NCBI GenBank assembly: GCA_050949045.1
Contig: JBMNEZ010000001.1
Span: 1,088,001 to 1,152,000, forward strand
Direction: 5' to 3'
Source: Candidatus Izemoplasmatales bacterium
Lineage (GTDB): Bacteria; Bacillota_I; Bacilli_A; Izemoplasmatales; Hujiaoplasmataceae
DNA: 64,000 nucleotides
The position numbers and the translations under genes are program-made. How positions within the stretch are numbered: position 1 is the stretch's first letter; each line of letters opens with the position of its first letter. Positions 40,304 through 50,889 of this stretch are shown here, piece by piece. The notes beneath the pieces were generated by a model. It was not told where the DNA came from. It saw only the letters and a list, made by a program, of their open reading frames with translations, and made no database searches.

Positions 40304-41095
40304 ATGAAAGTCCAAAACAAAGTTATTGCCGTCACCGGTGGCGGCAATGGTATCGGTCGAGAGTTGGTGCTTCAACTCTTGCAAAAAGGTGCGCGCGTAG
40401 CCGCCGTCGACATCAGCGGAAGCGCACTCAAAGAAACAGCCAAGCTTGCCGGAACATTTAAAAAACAATTATCAACTCATGTGATCGATATAACCGACAA
40501 TCCTTCCGTGATGTCATTGCCCGAAGCAATCATCAAAGTTCATGGAGATATTGACGGTATCATCAACAATGCCGGCATCATCCAGCCTTTCATTCCCGTC
40601 AATGATCTCGATTTTGCCAAAATCAACAAGGTCATGGATATCAATTTCTTTGGAACATTGAGCATGGTCAAGGCTTTTCTGCCGTTTCTATTGAAACGCC
40701 CGGTTGCCCATATCGTCAACGTCTCCAGTATGGGCGGCTTTCTGCCTGTGCCCGGTCAATCGGTCTACGGAGCCTCAAAAGCGGCAGTTAAACTATTGAC
40801 CGAAGGACTGTACGGAGAACTATTGAATACAAATGTGAGGGTTACGGTCGTCTTTCCCGGAGGCATTGAGACTAATATCATGAAAAATTCTGGTGTCGAG
40901 ACTGCCGTGCATGCACAGGACAAGCATTCAAAATATAAGATGACGTCCCCACAAAAAGCAGCTGAATTGATCATTGCGGGCATGGAAAAAGACAAATATC
41001 GGGTTTTGGTCGGAAACGATGCCAAGTTTATGGACTTTTTATGCCGACTCGCTCCCAAAAAAGCTGCCGCGCTGATCGCCAAAAAACTTGGATAA
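40304..41095 (+). CDS. Short-chain dehydrogenase/reductase
   Basis: TGGGNGIG, NNAG, YGASK. Confidence 0.93.
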   Translation: MKVQNKVIAVTGGGNGIGRELVLQLLQKGARVAAVDISGSALKETAKLAGTFKKQLSTHVIDITDNPSVMSLPEAIIKVHGDIDGIINNAGIIQPFIPVNDLDFAKINKVMDINFFGTLSMVKAFLPFLLKRPVAHIVNVSSMGGFLPVPGQSVYGASKAAVKLLTEGLYGELLNTNVRVTVVFPGGIETNIMKNSGVETAVHAQDKHSKYKMTSPQKAAELIIAGMEKDKYRVLVGNDAKFMDFLCRLAPKKAAALIAKKLG

Positions 41096-41122
41096 CACAT
41101 AAAACTGACTAGGAGAATCAAT

Positions 41123-42970
41123 TTGTCTTTTCAAGAAATCAAAATTTCCGATCAATCCCGCTTCAACAAACTCCTTGACGGAGCCTCTTGGCTATCACAA
41201 TATCAAAACAGCGAACTTGAGTTCGCTAATTGGTATGTCTATGCCACTTCCGACAACGTTCGGATCTTGTGGATGGTCGATTACGCCATCATCAGTTGTA
41301 ATACATACGGCAGAACCGTCTATCTTCCCCCGGTATGTTCCACCGCCGAGGCCTTCAAGGCAGGGCTTAGGAAACTCAGAAAACTAGCCGCGATTCCCGT
41401 AATCGTTGGGATCACCCCGGAGATGTTGCCGTTTTTCGATGAAGATTACATGCTTCTTCTCTACGATGATGTTTTAGCGGAGTACATCTATAACGCCAAG
41501 GATTTGGCCACCCTCAAAGGTGCCAAATATCACAAAAAACGCAACCTGTTCAACCAGTTTCAAAAAAAATATCGGTATGCCCTGACGGATTATTCTCCAA
41601 AAGACCGAGAAGCGGTGCTGGCTTTTCTTGACAAGCATCAGCGTCAAGGAGGCTCTCCTGACGACTTCAAAGCGCTTTGCAGGGCTCTTGACCATCTTGA
41701 TGCGCTTGGCTTGTTTGCGGATCTGCTCTGGGTAGATCAAAAAATCGTCGCTCTCAGCATCGGCTTACAGAGTCGCTTTGGCGATCATGGCATCGTCCTT
41801 TTTGAAAAAGCGGATTATGAAATATCAGGGGGATATGCGGCTATCAATACCCTGACTGCGAAGAAACATTTCCTGAACACAAAATATATCTCCCGTCAGG
41901 ACGACTACGGCGTCCCCGCCCTAAGAAAAGCCAAACACTCATATCATCCTCTTTATAAGACAAAGAAATATGCCTGCATAATCGATCGTAAATATCGCGA
42001 TCTTCATTCTTTGTACATTGAAGCCTTCATGGATTCCAAAAAATATGTAGACCACTTCTTTTTGTACCAGTCAGCGCCGGAAAAGACGGTCACTGTCGAA
42101 ATGGATGATCGCGTTGCTTCCGGCCTCCATTTGTTCACACGGGATCTGGTTTTCGGTGAAAAGCACCTGAAAACTGCCTTTATCGTCGGCGCCGCCACCG
42201 CATCCCAAAGACGAAGACAAGGCTTGATGCGCCAAGTCATGAAAATGACGCTCGCTAAAGCTTACAGGGATCATTATCCTCTAATTGCCCTCTCTCCTGT
42301 CGATCAAGCTTACTATGAACCATACGGTTTTGTCTCCTATGCTTTCATGGAAAATCTGCCCGATCATTATCCCATGAAACCATGTGTTTTGGCGGAAACG
42401 GTCGATCCTGACGTCCTGAATAATCTATACCGTCAAGCGACAAAAGGCTTTTCCGGTCAAATGCTCAGAGACAGACAAAGATGGATCGAATACATGAATG
42501 CCCTAGCTCAAGACGAGGTGTTGTTCTATCTCATATTGGCTGATAAAACGCCGATCGGCTATCTTGCGGCCTCGGAAACCGCTGTCGAGGAATTGTGCCT
42601 AGTACAAGAGGTCTGTCCTCTTGTCGAAGGCTATGACTTTCAAAAGATCCTGTTGCCCTCGCCATCGGGAAGTGTGCCCTCTGCGATGGTAAGAATTGTC
42701 GATCTCACTACCTTTCTCAAATCTTGCCCCATGCCAAAAGGACTTGAAATCCAAATCAAAGTCCGTTTCATCGACACCCTCATCAGCGAGAATAACCTAA
42801 CTTTGAACCTTGAATGCCATGACGGTTCCTTAACCATTTCACCTTGCGAAGAATATGATGTTTCGATCGATATCGATTCATTGAACAAGACTGTCTTCAC
42901 CAAAGAAAAAGAAGGCGCTCTCGCTTCTTTGTTTCCCGAGAGAAAATTCATCTGTTTTGACAGGTATTGA
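41123..42970 (+). CDS. DUF2156 (aa-tRNA-dependent transferase) + Eis-like GNAT fusion
   Basis: N-half YIY..LATLKGAKYHKKRN, FEKAD, RQDDYGVPALRKAKHSYHP; C-half GAATASQRRRQGLM, YYEPYGF, MVRIVD..DTLISENN. Confidence 0.78.
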   Translation: MSFQEIKISDQSRFNKLLDGASWLSQYQNSELEFANWYVYATSDNVRILWMVDYAIISCNTYGRTVYLPPVCSTAEAFKAGLRKLRKLAAIPVIVGITPEMLPFFDEDYMLLLYDDVLAEYIYNAKDLATLKGAKYHKKRNLFNQFQKKYRYALTDYSPKDREAVLAFLDKHQRQGGSPDDFKALCRALDHLDALGLFADLLWVDQKIVALSIGLQSRFGDHGIVLFEKADYEISGGYAAINTLTAKKHFLNTKYISRQDDYGVPALRKAKHSYHPLYKTKKYACIIDRKYRDLHSLYIEAFMDSKKYVDHFFLYQSAPEKTVTVEMDDRVASGLHLFTRDLVFGEKHLKTAFIVGAATASQRRRQGLMRQVMKMTLAKAYRDHYPLIALSPVDQAYYEPYGFVSYAFMENLPDHYPMKPCVLAETVDPDVLNNLYRQATKGFSGQMLRDRQRWIEYMNALAQDEVLFYLILADKTPIGYLAASETAVEELCLVQEVCPLVEGYDFQKILLPSPSGSVPSAMVRIVDLTTFLKSCPMPKGLEIQIKVRFIDTLISENNLTLNLECHDGSLTISPCEEYDVSIDIDSLNKTVFTKEKEGALASLFPERKFICFDRY

Positions 42971-43030
42971 AATTTCAACTTACCCAGTCAATCAAATCAA
43001 TATAGTTAATAGAGTATAATAGCATAAAGA

Positions 43031-43065
43031 AAAGTCCAACCGTCTTTGAACCCGGTTGGACTTTT
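43031..43065 (+). terminator. Intrinsic terminator
   Basis: aaagtccaaccg...cggttggactttt. Confidence 0.8.
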
Positions 43066-43117
43066 GGATAATGAATAGCTTTTTGAAAAAAGAATAACAG
43101 ATGTTCAGAAACAAGTT

Positions 43118-43146
43118 TTCACAGAATGTTTAGACATATTTATAAT
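43118..43146 (+). promoter_or_regulatory. Sigma-A promoter for MFS-GH2 with palindrome in spacer
   Basis: TTCACA-17 nt-TATAAT; ATGTTTAGACAT at 43126-43137. Confidence 0.55.
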
Positions 43147-43199
43147 ATTTGAACATAATGTTATACTTAAACCAACAGGACAAAGAAGGAGATTGTGTG

Positions 43200-44531
43200 A
43201 TGAGAGAAAACACTAAATTATCGAAACGGATATGGCTTGTTTTCATCATTTTTGGTCTGATAGGACAAATGGCTTGGACGATAGAGAATATGTATTTGAA
43301 CGTCTATATCTACAAAACAGTGACTTATGATTCCAACGCAATTGCGATTATGGTCGCATCAAGCGCCATCATCGCAACGCTGGCAACCTTAACCATGGGA
43401 GCCCTGTCGGATCGATTAGGCAAAAGAAAAATCTTTATGACCGTCGGCTATATGATTTGGGGAGTCTCGATCATTGGTTTTGGGTTCATCACCAAAGAAA
43501 ATGTCGCATCAGTATTTCCCAATTGCAATGTGATTCCTGTGACCATCGCCTTGATCATTTTGCTTGATTGTATTATGACATTTATCGGGTCGACCGCGAA
43601 CGATGCTTCATTTCAAGCTTGGGTGACCGATGTAACCATTCCCAGCAATCGCGGCAAAGCCGAAGGCTTGATCGCGACGATGCCCCTTCTGGGCATGCTT
43701 GTTGTTTTTGGCGTTTTCGACGGTTTCACAAAAGCGTCACTTTGGAAAGAGTTCTTTCTTATCATCGGCATCATTGTGTTTGTTTCGGGATTCGCCGGTC
43801 TTTTCCTGATCAAAGATCATCCTATTGAAAAAAAGGACAGTCATTATCTCAAGGATTTGATCTATGGCTTCAAGCCTTCTACCATCAAAGAACATCATAT
43901 GCTCTATTTGGTCTACATATCGATCTCTATCCTGGGAATCGCCCAACAAGTGTGGATGCCTTATTACATCATTTATTTTGAATTTTATATCGGCTTATCC
44001 GACTATGTTCTCCTTCTGGGCGGCGTCCTTCTGTTATCTTCTTTGGTGAGCATTATCGGCGGAAGATTGGTGGACCGTTATGGGAAGAAAATATTCCTGA
44101 TTCCTTCGGTGATAGGCTATATCATCGGCATGACGCTCATGTTCATCCTCGGCATCACAATCAAAGACAATCTCCCGTTAACGTTTGCATTGACATTTAT
44201 ATCGGGCATTCTAATGATGGGCTCCTACCTGGTGTCAATGGTTATCTTGAACGCTCTTGGCAGAGATCTCGTCCCAAAAACGCATGTTGGTGTCTTCTCC
44301 GGCATCAAAATGGTCTTTTATGTCATGATCCCCATGGTTATCGGACCTTTCATCGGCTCGGCCGTGATCTCTAGGAGCCCATCGACATATGTGGATGAGT
44401 ACGGCATTTTACAATCCGTGCCGATTCCGGCTATTTACTTGGCGGGGGCGATCGTCTGTTTGTTAATCTTTGTCCCCATCTTTTTCGTGTATCGCCACAT
44501 AAAGAAAACCAGCCTTGCCAATGAGTCCTGA
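43200..44531 (+). CDS. MFS sugar transporter
   Basis: GALSDRLGKRK, GRLVDRYGKK, about 12 TM; AAGGAG RBS. Confidence 0.87.
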   Translation: MRENTKLSKRIWLVFIIFGLIGQMAWTIENMYLNVYIYKTVTYDSNAIAIMVASSAIIATLATLTMGALSDRLGKRKIFMTVGYMIWGVSIIGFGFITKENVASVFPNCNVIPVTIALIILLDCIMTFIGSTANDASFQAWVTDVTIPSNRGKAEGLIATMPLLGMLVVFGVFDGFTKASLWKEFFLIIGIIVFVSGFAGLFLIKDHPIEKKDSHYLKDLIYGFKPSTIKEHHMLYLVYISISILGIAQQVWMPYYIIYFEFYIGLSDYVLLLGGVLLLSSLVSIIGGRLVDRYGKKIFLIPSVIGYIIGMTLMFILGITIKDNLPLTFALTFISGILMMGSYLVSMVILNALGRDLVPKTHVGVFSGIKMVFYVMIPMVIGPFIGSAVISRSPSTYVDEYGILQSVPIPAIYLAGAIVCLLIFVPIFFVYRHIKKTSLANES

Positions 44532-44566
44532 TTGGCAAAAAACTAGCTAACATATCAATATGTCGG

Positions 44567-46348
44567 GTGATGAGAGTGAACCAATTACTTACCCTTTATG
44601 CAGAAAAACTGAATCCGGATGAGCTTCTCCAGGAATACCCCAGACCACAGCTCAAGCGGTCATCATATCTGAATTTAAACGGATATTGGGATTTTCATAT
44701 GTCGACCGAACCGGTATGCCATATGTATGATAGAAAAATTCTTGTGCCGTTTTCGCCCGAATCAATCTTATCGGGCATCAATGAGATTTTATATCCCAAT
44801 ATGTATGCTTATTATCAAAAAGAAGTGATGCTTGAACAGGCGTTCGTCAAAGATTTGATCATCCTTCATTTTGGCGCCGTCGACCAAAGATGCGACCTCT
44901 TTGTCAATGATCATCATGTCTTGACTCATGTCGGAGGCTACACTCCTTTTTCTGTCGATATCACGCCTTATATAAAAGATGATTTGAAACTTAAAATCAA
45001 TTTGAGCGTGACCGACTCATCCGATACATCCTATCATTTGACGGGCAAACAGCGCTTGAATCATGAAGGCATCTTCTACACTCCGCAATCAGGTATCTGG
45101 CAAACCGTTTGGCTTGAGTCTGTGAGTAAAGATTATCTGAAAGACATTACCATTAAACCTCTTTATGATCAGTCTGCGGTTTTTCTCGAAGTTTTTACAG
45201 ATCATTTTCATCCTTACATTGTTCATATTTACAATCATGACAATGAACTCATTAAAACACACGCAGCCGATTCTTTCAAAACGATCATTGAATTAGATTC
45301 CTTTATCCCCTGGACGCCAGAAAATCCATATCTTTATAATGTTGAAATCATTCATGGAAACGATGTGATATCATCCTATTTCGGTATGCGTATCTTTGAA
45401 AGAAAAAAAGACCACAACGAGATCATGCGTTTCTATCTTAATCATCAACCCTATTTCCAATCCGGTGTTTTAGACCAAGGCTATTATAGCGACGGCCTGT
45501 TAACGGCTCCGAGCGATCAGGCGCTGATCGATGACATCATGACGATGAAATCGTTGGGCTTCAACATGATTAGAAAACATATCAAGATCGAATCTCTCAG
45601 ATGGTATTATCATTGTGATCGGCTGGGAATGCTGGTTTGGCAGGATATGATAAGCGGTTCCGAATTCAAAAGCGTGGTTTTTCACCATGTCTTATCTTTA
45701 TTGCATATCCATTTGAGCGACCGCTTCAAAAAACTCTTCGGCCGAACCAATGCGGAAGGAAAACGACTTTACGAAAATGATTTGCGTATTATGCTTAATC
45801 ATTTGAAAAACGTTACATCTATTTGTACCTGGGTTCCTTTCAATGAGGCGTGGGGGCAGTTTGACACAGTGCGAATAACAAAACTCATCGGTGAACTTGA
45901 TGATACGCGGTTAATCGATCACGCGAGCGGTTGGTCTGATCATGGCGTCGGCGATTATTACAGCCGGCATATGTATTATCAAAAAATCAGATTCTATAAA
46001 AGATTGGCCAAAAAAAGAATCGCGTCGCTTACGGAATATGGAGGTTATAGCTTGCCAATCGAAGGCCATCGCTACAACAACGACAAACTATTCGGATATA
46101 AGTCATTTGAAACAAAGGAAGCCTATCAAAAAGCGCTTGAAGATTTATTTGTCAAGCATTTGATGCCCAATCTGGATAAAGGCTTGAGCGTATTGGTTTA
46201 CACACAACTCAGCGACGTCGAAGATGAAGTGAACGGTTTGGTCACTTATGATAGACGCATTTTGAAAGTTGATGAACGGCTCATGCAAAACTTAAACAGC
46301 CGACTCTATTCCAGGTTCAAGCAAATAATGCATTTGGATAATGGATGA
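44567..46348 (+). CDS. Glycoside hydrolase family 2
   Basis: EYPRPQL, LHFGAVD, SGIWQTVWLE, GFNMIRKHIK, WVPFNEAWGQ, TEYGG, YTQLSDVEDE. Confidence 0.9.
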   Translation: MMRVNQLLTLYAEKLNPDELLQEYPRPQLKRSSYLNLNGYWDFHMSTEPVCHMYDRKILVPFSPESILSGINEILYPNMYAYYQKEVMLEQAFVKDLIILHFGAVDQRCDLFVNDHHVLTHVGGYTPFSVDITPYIKDDLKLKINLSVTDSSDTSYHLTGKQRLNHEGIFYTPQSGIWQTVWLESVSKDYLKDITIKPLYDQSAVFLEVFTDHFHPYIVHIYNHDNELIKTHAADSFKTIIELDSFIPWTPENPYLYNVEIIHGNDVISSYFGMRIFERKKDHNEIMRFYLNHQPYFQSGVLDQGYYSDGLLTAPSDQALIDDIMTMKSLGFNMIRKHIKIESLRWYYHCDRLGMLVWQDMISGSEFKSVVFHHVLSLLHIHLSDRFKKLFGRTNAEGKRLYENDLRIMLNHLKNVTSICTWVPFNEAWGQFDTVRITKLIGELDDTRLIDHASGWSDHGVGDYYSRHMYYQKIRFYKRLAKKRIASLTEYGGYSLPIEGHRYNNDKLFGYKSFETKEAYQKALEDLFVKHLMPNLDKGLSVLVYTQLSDVEDEVNGLVTYDRRILKVDERLMQNLNSRLYSRFKQIMHLDNG

Positions 46349-46436
46349 TTTTTTAGTGGCTTTCCATAAAGTTTCCCAATGGCGATTGTGAACCGGTTGT
46401 ATTATCATATTTTTTATGTCAGAGAAACAAGTATGG

Positions 46437-46466
46437 AAAAAGGGCTGTTCAGATCAGCCCTTTTTT
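46437..46466. terminator. Bidirectional terminator between GH2 and purD
   Basis: aaaaagggctg-ttcagat-cagcccttttt. Confidence 0.8.
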
Positions 46467-46561
46467 GACATTAAAGCATTTCAACGACAAAATCATGTAT
46501 CAGGATTTTTTACATAACGCGTCAAATCTAACCGGTTTGTTTTTATTTGACTCCTTGGCCT

Positions 46562-47782
46562 TCAAAAACCGGCAATGTCTTTGCGAAAAAACAGTCCTGA
46601 GCTTTTGATTGACTCCACTTTTCGGTACGCTTCTTGCCTTGCGTCTTGTAAGGTTTTTCCTCTGGCGACCACGATCGCGACCCTGCCGCCGGCTGTTAAG
46701 ACATTTCCCTTATCCATCTTGGTCCCCATGTGCAGGACCAGCGGATCATCAAGGGGGATGTTGGTTGGCAGGCCCACATCATATTTCCCCGGATAGCCAT
46801 TGCTCGCAAGCACCACTCCCACAGCGGCTTCCTTGGAAAAAGACAGTTTTACAGTCTTTTTGTCGAGAAACCTGTGAATGGCCGGCAATAGTTTTGTCCG
46901 CATTCTCGGCAAGATCACTTCGGTTTCGGGATCACCGAATCTGGCGTTGAATTCAATGACTTTGACACCGTTTTTTGTCCACATCAACCCTCCATACAAG
47001 ACACCCGTGAAGGGGATGTTTTCTTTAACCAAAGCTTTCGCTACAGGGATCATAATCAATTCCATCGCCTTGCGGACGACTTGCGAGGGGATTTGGGGAA
47101 CCGGGCTGTAGGCTCCCATTCCGCCGGTATTTGGGCCAAGATTCCCGTCATGGACCCGTTTATAGTCCTGAGCGATTGCCAGTGGTACAACCTGATCCTG
47201 ATGGACCAAGGTCATCAGGGAGAACTCGATGCCTTGCAGGTACTCCTCGATCACAATCGCCCGATGCTTCTCAAGCAGTAAATCGCAGGCATCCTCAGCC
47301 TCTTTTTGTGACCCGGCTATCACGACGCCCTTACCTGCGGCGAGTCCATCGGCCTTGATGACGATCGGGAAAGTTTCGGTCTTGAGGTATTCTTTGGCTG
47401 ATCCGCAATCCGAGAACACCCGGTAAGCTGCAGTGGGAATATGATATTTGGTCATCAGTTCCTTGGCAAACTTTTTTGATGTTTCGATTTGGGCAGCGGC
47501 TTTGGAGGGACCAAAAATCGGACATCCGGCATCCGTAAACAAATCGACGATCCCGCGGGAAAGCGGTTCCTCGCTCCCGACAAACGTCAAATCGATCTTA
47601 TTGTTTTGGGCAAATTCCGCTAACTTTTCCAAGTTGTCAAGCGGAAGTTTTACGCATATGGCATCCGAAGCCATGCCCGGATTCCCGGGAATGGCGTAGA
47701 TTGCTGTTTTTGGATCATCCAAACGCATTTTTCGCACGAGAGCATGTTCACGCCCGCCGCTCCCGATAACTAGGACTTTCAT
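46562..47782 (-). CDS. purD: Phosphoribosylamine--glycine ligase
   Basis: GSGGREHA, KADGLAAGKGV, GPNTGGMG, EFNARFGDPE. Confidence 0.97.
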   Translation of the reverse strand: MKVLVIGSGGREHALVRKMRLDDPKTAIYAIPGNPGMASDAICVKLPLDNLEKLAEFAQNNKIDLTFVGSEEPLSRGIVDLFTDAGCPIFGPSKAAAQIETSKKFAKELMTKYHIPTAAYRVFSDCGSAKEYLKTETFPIVIKADGLAAGKGVVIAGSQKEAEDACDLLLEKHRAIVIEEYLQGIEFSLMTLVHQDQVVPLAIAQDYKRVHDGNLGPNTGGMGAYSPVPQIPSQVVRKAMELIMIPVAKALVKENIPFTGVLYGGLMWTKNGVKVIEFNARFGDPETEVILPRMRTKLLPAIHRFLDKKTVKLSFSKEAAVGVVLASNGYPGKYDVGLPTNIPLDDPLVLHMGTKMDKGNVLTAGGRVAIVVARGKTLQDARQEAYRKVESIKSSGLFFRKDIAGF

Positions 47783-49296
47783 CAGTGTTTGAAGTGCCTG
47801 ATCCCGGCAAAGACCATGGGGACTTTCCTTTCATCACATACAACTATCGAGTCTTGGTCCTTGATCGAGCCTCCCGGTTGAATGATGGCTGCGATGCCAT
47901 GATCGATAGCGAGGGTGACCGTGTCATTCATCGGAAAGAAGCCGTCAGAGGCCATGACGGCGCCTTTGGCTTGGTCTTGCGCCTGCTCAAGGGCGATTCT
48001 GGCGGCGCCGACACGGTTCATCTGTCCGGCGCCGATCCCGATCGTCGTGAAATCACGGACGATGACGATCGCATTAGATTTGACATGCTTGACGACTTTG
48101 TATGCGAAAACCAGCTGGGCAAGCTGTTCTGCGGTTGGCAATGCCTTGGTTGGATATTGAAGTTCATTCATAAGCTGACGGTCGGCGTCTTGGATCAGAA
48201 TCCCTCCCTGTACAGAAACGATCACTGTCGGATTTTTGTCGTTTCCCGGATTGAATTCCAGCAAACGAATGTTCTTTTTCTTGCCGAGAATTGCCAGAAC
48301 CGGATCGGAAAATGAAGGCGCGAGGATAAGTTCAAGAAACATTTCCGCCATGGCTTTGGCCATTTTCTCGGTCGGAGGCTCATTGCAGGCGATGATCCCG
48401 CCAAATATCGAAACCGGATCTGCTTGATAGGCCTTTTCCCAAGCTTCATCGATCACAGTCGCCGAAGCGATGCCGCAGGGGTTCATGTGCTTCACGGCGA
48501 CAACGGTCGGCTGGTCGAATTCTCTGAGCATCATCAGGGCGGCATTGGCATCCTGAATGTTGTTGTAGGAAAGTTGTTTTCCGTGAAGTTGTTTCGCTGA
48601 AGCCAGCGAATAGGGATAATCGCCTCGTAAACGGTAAAACGCCCCTGACTGATGGGGGTTTTCCCCATAACGAAGGATTTCCTGGCGCTTATAAGTTAAT
48701 GTCAAGGACTCGGGATACTTCTCATTTCGAAAATAGTCGCTGATATAAGTGTCATACTCGGCGGTCAGTGAAAAAGCCTTCCCGGCCAGCCGGATTCTAG
48801 TTTCGATTTTCGTATCGCCATGATCGGCGAATTCTTCCAGAACAACCCGATAGTCGTCGGGAGAGACAAGCACCGTCACAAATTTGTGGTTCTTGGCAGC
48901 GGAACGGATCATTGCCGGTCCGCCGATATCGATCTTTTCGATTATTTCTTCCTTGGTTGCGCCCGGAGCGGTCATCGTCTCATAGAAGGGATAGAGATTA
49001 ACCACCAACAAATCAATCCAGCCAATGCCGTTTCGCGCGGCTTCGTCCTGGTGAACCGCTGAATCCTGTTTTCCCAACAAGCCACCATGAACCAGTGGAT
49101 GCAAGGTTTTCAATCTACCTTCAAAAACCTCCGGAAAACCGGTGATGTCTTCCACCGGTATGACATTCAAACCCGCCTCTTTCAAAACTTTGAAAGTGCC
49201 TCCGGTCGAAATGACCTCAAAACCGAGACTGATGAGTTTTTCTACAAAAGGCACCAAGCCGGTTTTGTCGTAAACGCTGATCAGAGCTCGTTTCAT
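47782..49296 (-). CDS. purH: AICAR transformylase/IMP cyclohydrolase
   Basis: RALISVYDKTG, KTLHP, RYGENPHQ, ASDGFFP, RHFKH. Confidence 0.97.
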   Translation of the reverse strand: MKRALISVYDKTGLVPFVEKLISLGFEVISTGGTFKVLKEAGLNVIPVEDITGFPEVFEGRLKTLHPLVHGGLLGKQDSAVHQDEAARNGIGWIDLLVVNLYPFYETMTAPGATKEEIIEKIDIGGPAMIRSAAKNHKFVTVLVSPDDYRVVLEEFADHGDTKIETRIRLAGKAFSLTAEYDTYISDYFRNEKYPESLTLTYKRQEILRYGENPHQSGAFYRLRGDYPYSLASAKQLHGKQLSYNNIQDANAALMMLREFDQPTVVAVKHMNPCGIASATVIDEAWEKAYQADPVSIFGGIIACNEPPTEKMAKAMAEMFLELILAPSFSDPVLAILGKKKNIRLLEFNPGNDKNPTVIVSVQGGILIQDADRQLMNELQYPTKALPTAEQLAQLVFAYKVVKHVKSNAIVIVRDFTTIGIGAGQMNRVGAARIALEQAQDQAKGAVMASDGFFPMNDTVTLAIDHGIAAIIQPGGSIKDQDSIVVCDERKVPMVFAGIRHFKH

Positions 49297-49856
49297 CGCT
49301 GTTCCTCCTTAATCAATTTGTGAATGGTTTTGGGATAGAGTTCGTGTTCGATATTCTGAATCCCTTGACAAACAGCCTCTTCGTCAGCTTCCTCGGGGAT
49401 AATATACGGCTTTTGAGCGATGATTCGTCCCGTATCAATGCCCGAATCGACATAGTGGACGGTAACGCCCGTCACCTTGACTTTGTGGGTCATTGCCTGA
49501 CGAATCGCATTTTTGCCCGGAAAAGCGGGGAGGAGCGACGGATGGATATTGATGATGCGATCTGGATAAGCCTCAAGCAGGACCGCACCGCAAATCCGCA
49601 TATAGCCGGCAAGCGCGATCCAGGTAACGGCAAATGGTTCCAGTATTTTAACGATTTCCTTTTCATAGGCGCTTTTTGAAGAAAAATGCGAGGGTTCAAC
49701 GACAAAACTGGGGATTTTAAGCCTGTTTGCCCTTTCGACCGCATAGGCTTCTCGATTGTCGACGATCAAGACGGCAACCGTATATTCACGAGCCTGTTTG
49801 ACAATGGCTTCGAAATTGGATCCGTTTCCCGAAGCGAAAACAGCTATTTTGATCAT
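49293..49856 (-). CDS. purN: GAR transformylase
   Basis: SGNGSN, LAGYMRI, NIHPSLLP. Confidence 0.97.
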   Translation of the reverse strand: MIKIAVFASGNGSNFEAIVKQAREYTVAVLIVDNREAYAVERANRLKIPSFVVEPSHFSSKSAYEKEIVKILEPFAVTWIALAGYMRICGAVLLEAYPDRIINIHPSLLPAFPGKNAIRQAMTHKVKVTGVTVHYVDSGIDTGRIIAQKPYIIPEEADEEAVCQGIQNIEHELYPKTIHKLIKEEQR

Positions 49857-50878
49857 TTGAAGACGACTCCGGGCGTATTTGTGATTTCACCGGCGATGAA
49901 AGGAGTCTCGCCGTTTGCTTTAAGCAAGTCCATCGTTTTTGAGACATCATCTCTCTCTACTACGAGTGCCATCCCCATGCCCATGTTAAAGACATGATAC
50001 ATGTCCATCCGGTCAAGCCGGCCTTTTTCCGCCAACCAAATAAAGACCGGCGGAAGCGGGATCGCTTCAAGATCAATCGCAACTCCCAGTCTTTTTTTCA
50101 ACATACGCGGAAGATTCTCGTGAAAACCGCCTCCGGTAATGTGGGCGATGCCTTTGACCTTCACTTCCCTGATTAAAGCAAGGATCGGTTTCACGTAGAT
50201 TTTCGTTGGTTCCATCAATGCTTCTTTGGGAGTGGACTTAAGAACCGGATCAATCTTATCCAAGTCAAGCGAGCGGTTCTTTGCCAGTATCTTCCTAACC
50301 AGCGAATAGCCGTTTGAATGGATACCGCTGGACTTGAGCCCGATGAGGATGTCGCCTACAGCCATTGCGTCCGGTTTGATGATTTTTGACCGCTCGACGA
50401 CCCCGACACAGAAGCCCGCCAGATCAAAATGGCCTTTCCGGTATAATCCGGGCATCTCCGCGGTCTCGCCGCCGATCAGGGCGCAACCGGAAAGCACACA
50501 GCCTTCGCTGATCCCTTTGATCACTTGTTCAACTTGATCCGGATCGGTTCTTCCCGAAGCGATGTAATCCAAAAAGAACAAAGGTTCCGCGCCGGAAGCG
50601 ACGACGTCGTTGACGCACATGGCAACGAGATCGATGCCAACGGTGTCAAACCTTTCAAATGCGGTTGAAAGCAGCAACTTGGTCCCGACACCGTCGGTCC
50701 CGGAGACGAGTACAGGATCATGATATTTCTTCAAATCGAGGCCAAAGAGACCGCCAAAGGCGCCGATGTCGCCGATGACACCGTCACGATGAGTCTTTTT
50801 GGCATATTGTTTGATTCGCTTCACGACTTCATAGCCCCGATCAAGGTCTACTCCGGCGTTGGCATAGGCTTTGCTCAT
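49853..50878 (-). CDS. purM: AIR synthetase
   Basis: DGVGTK, GGETAEMPG, AHITGGG, FNMGMG. Confidence 0.97.
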   Translation of the reverse strand: MSKAYANAGVDLDRGYEVVKRIKQYAKKTHRDGVIGDIGAFGGLFGLDLKKYHDPVLVSGTDGVGTKLLLSTAFERFDTVGIDLVAMCVNDVVASGAEPLFFLDYIASGRTDPDQVEQVIKGISEGCVLSGCALIGGETAEMPGLYRKGHFDLAGFCVGVVERSKIIKPDAMAVGDILIGLKSSGIHSNGYSLVRKILAKNRSLDLDKIDPVLKSTPKEALMEPTKIYVKPILALIREVKVKGIAHITGGGFHENLPRMLKKRLGVAIDLEAIPLPPVFIWLAEKGRLDRMDMYHVFNMGMGMALVVERDDVSKTMDLLKANGETPFIAGEITNTPGVVFK

Positions 50879-50889
50879 TAGGTATCTCC

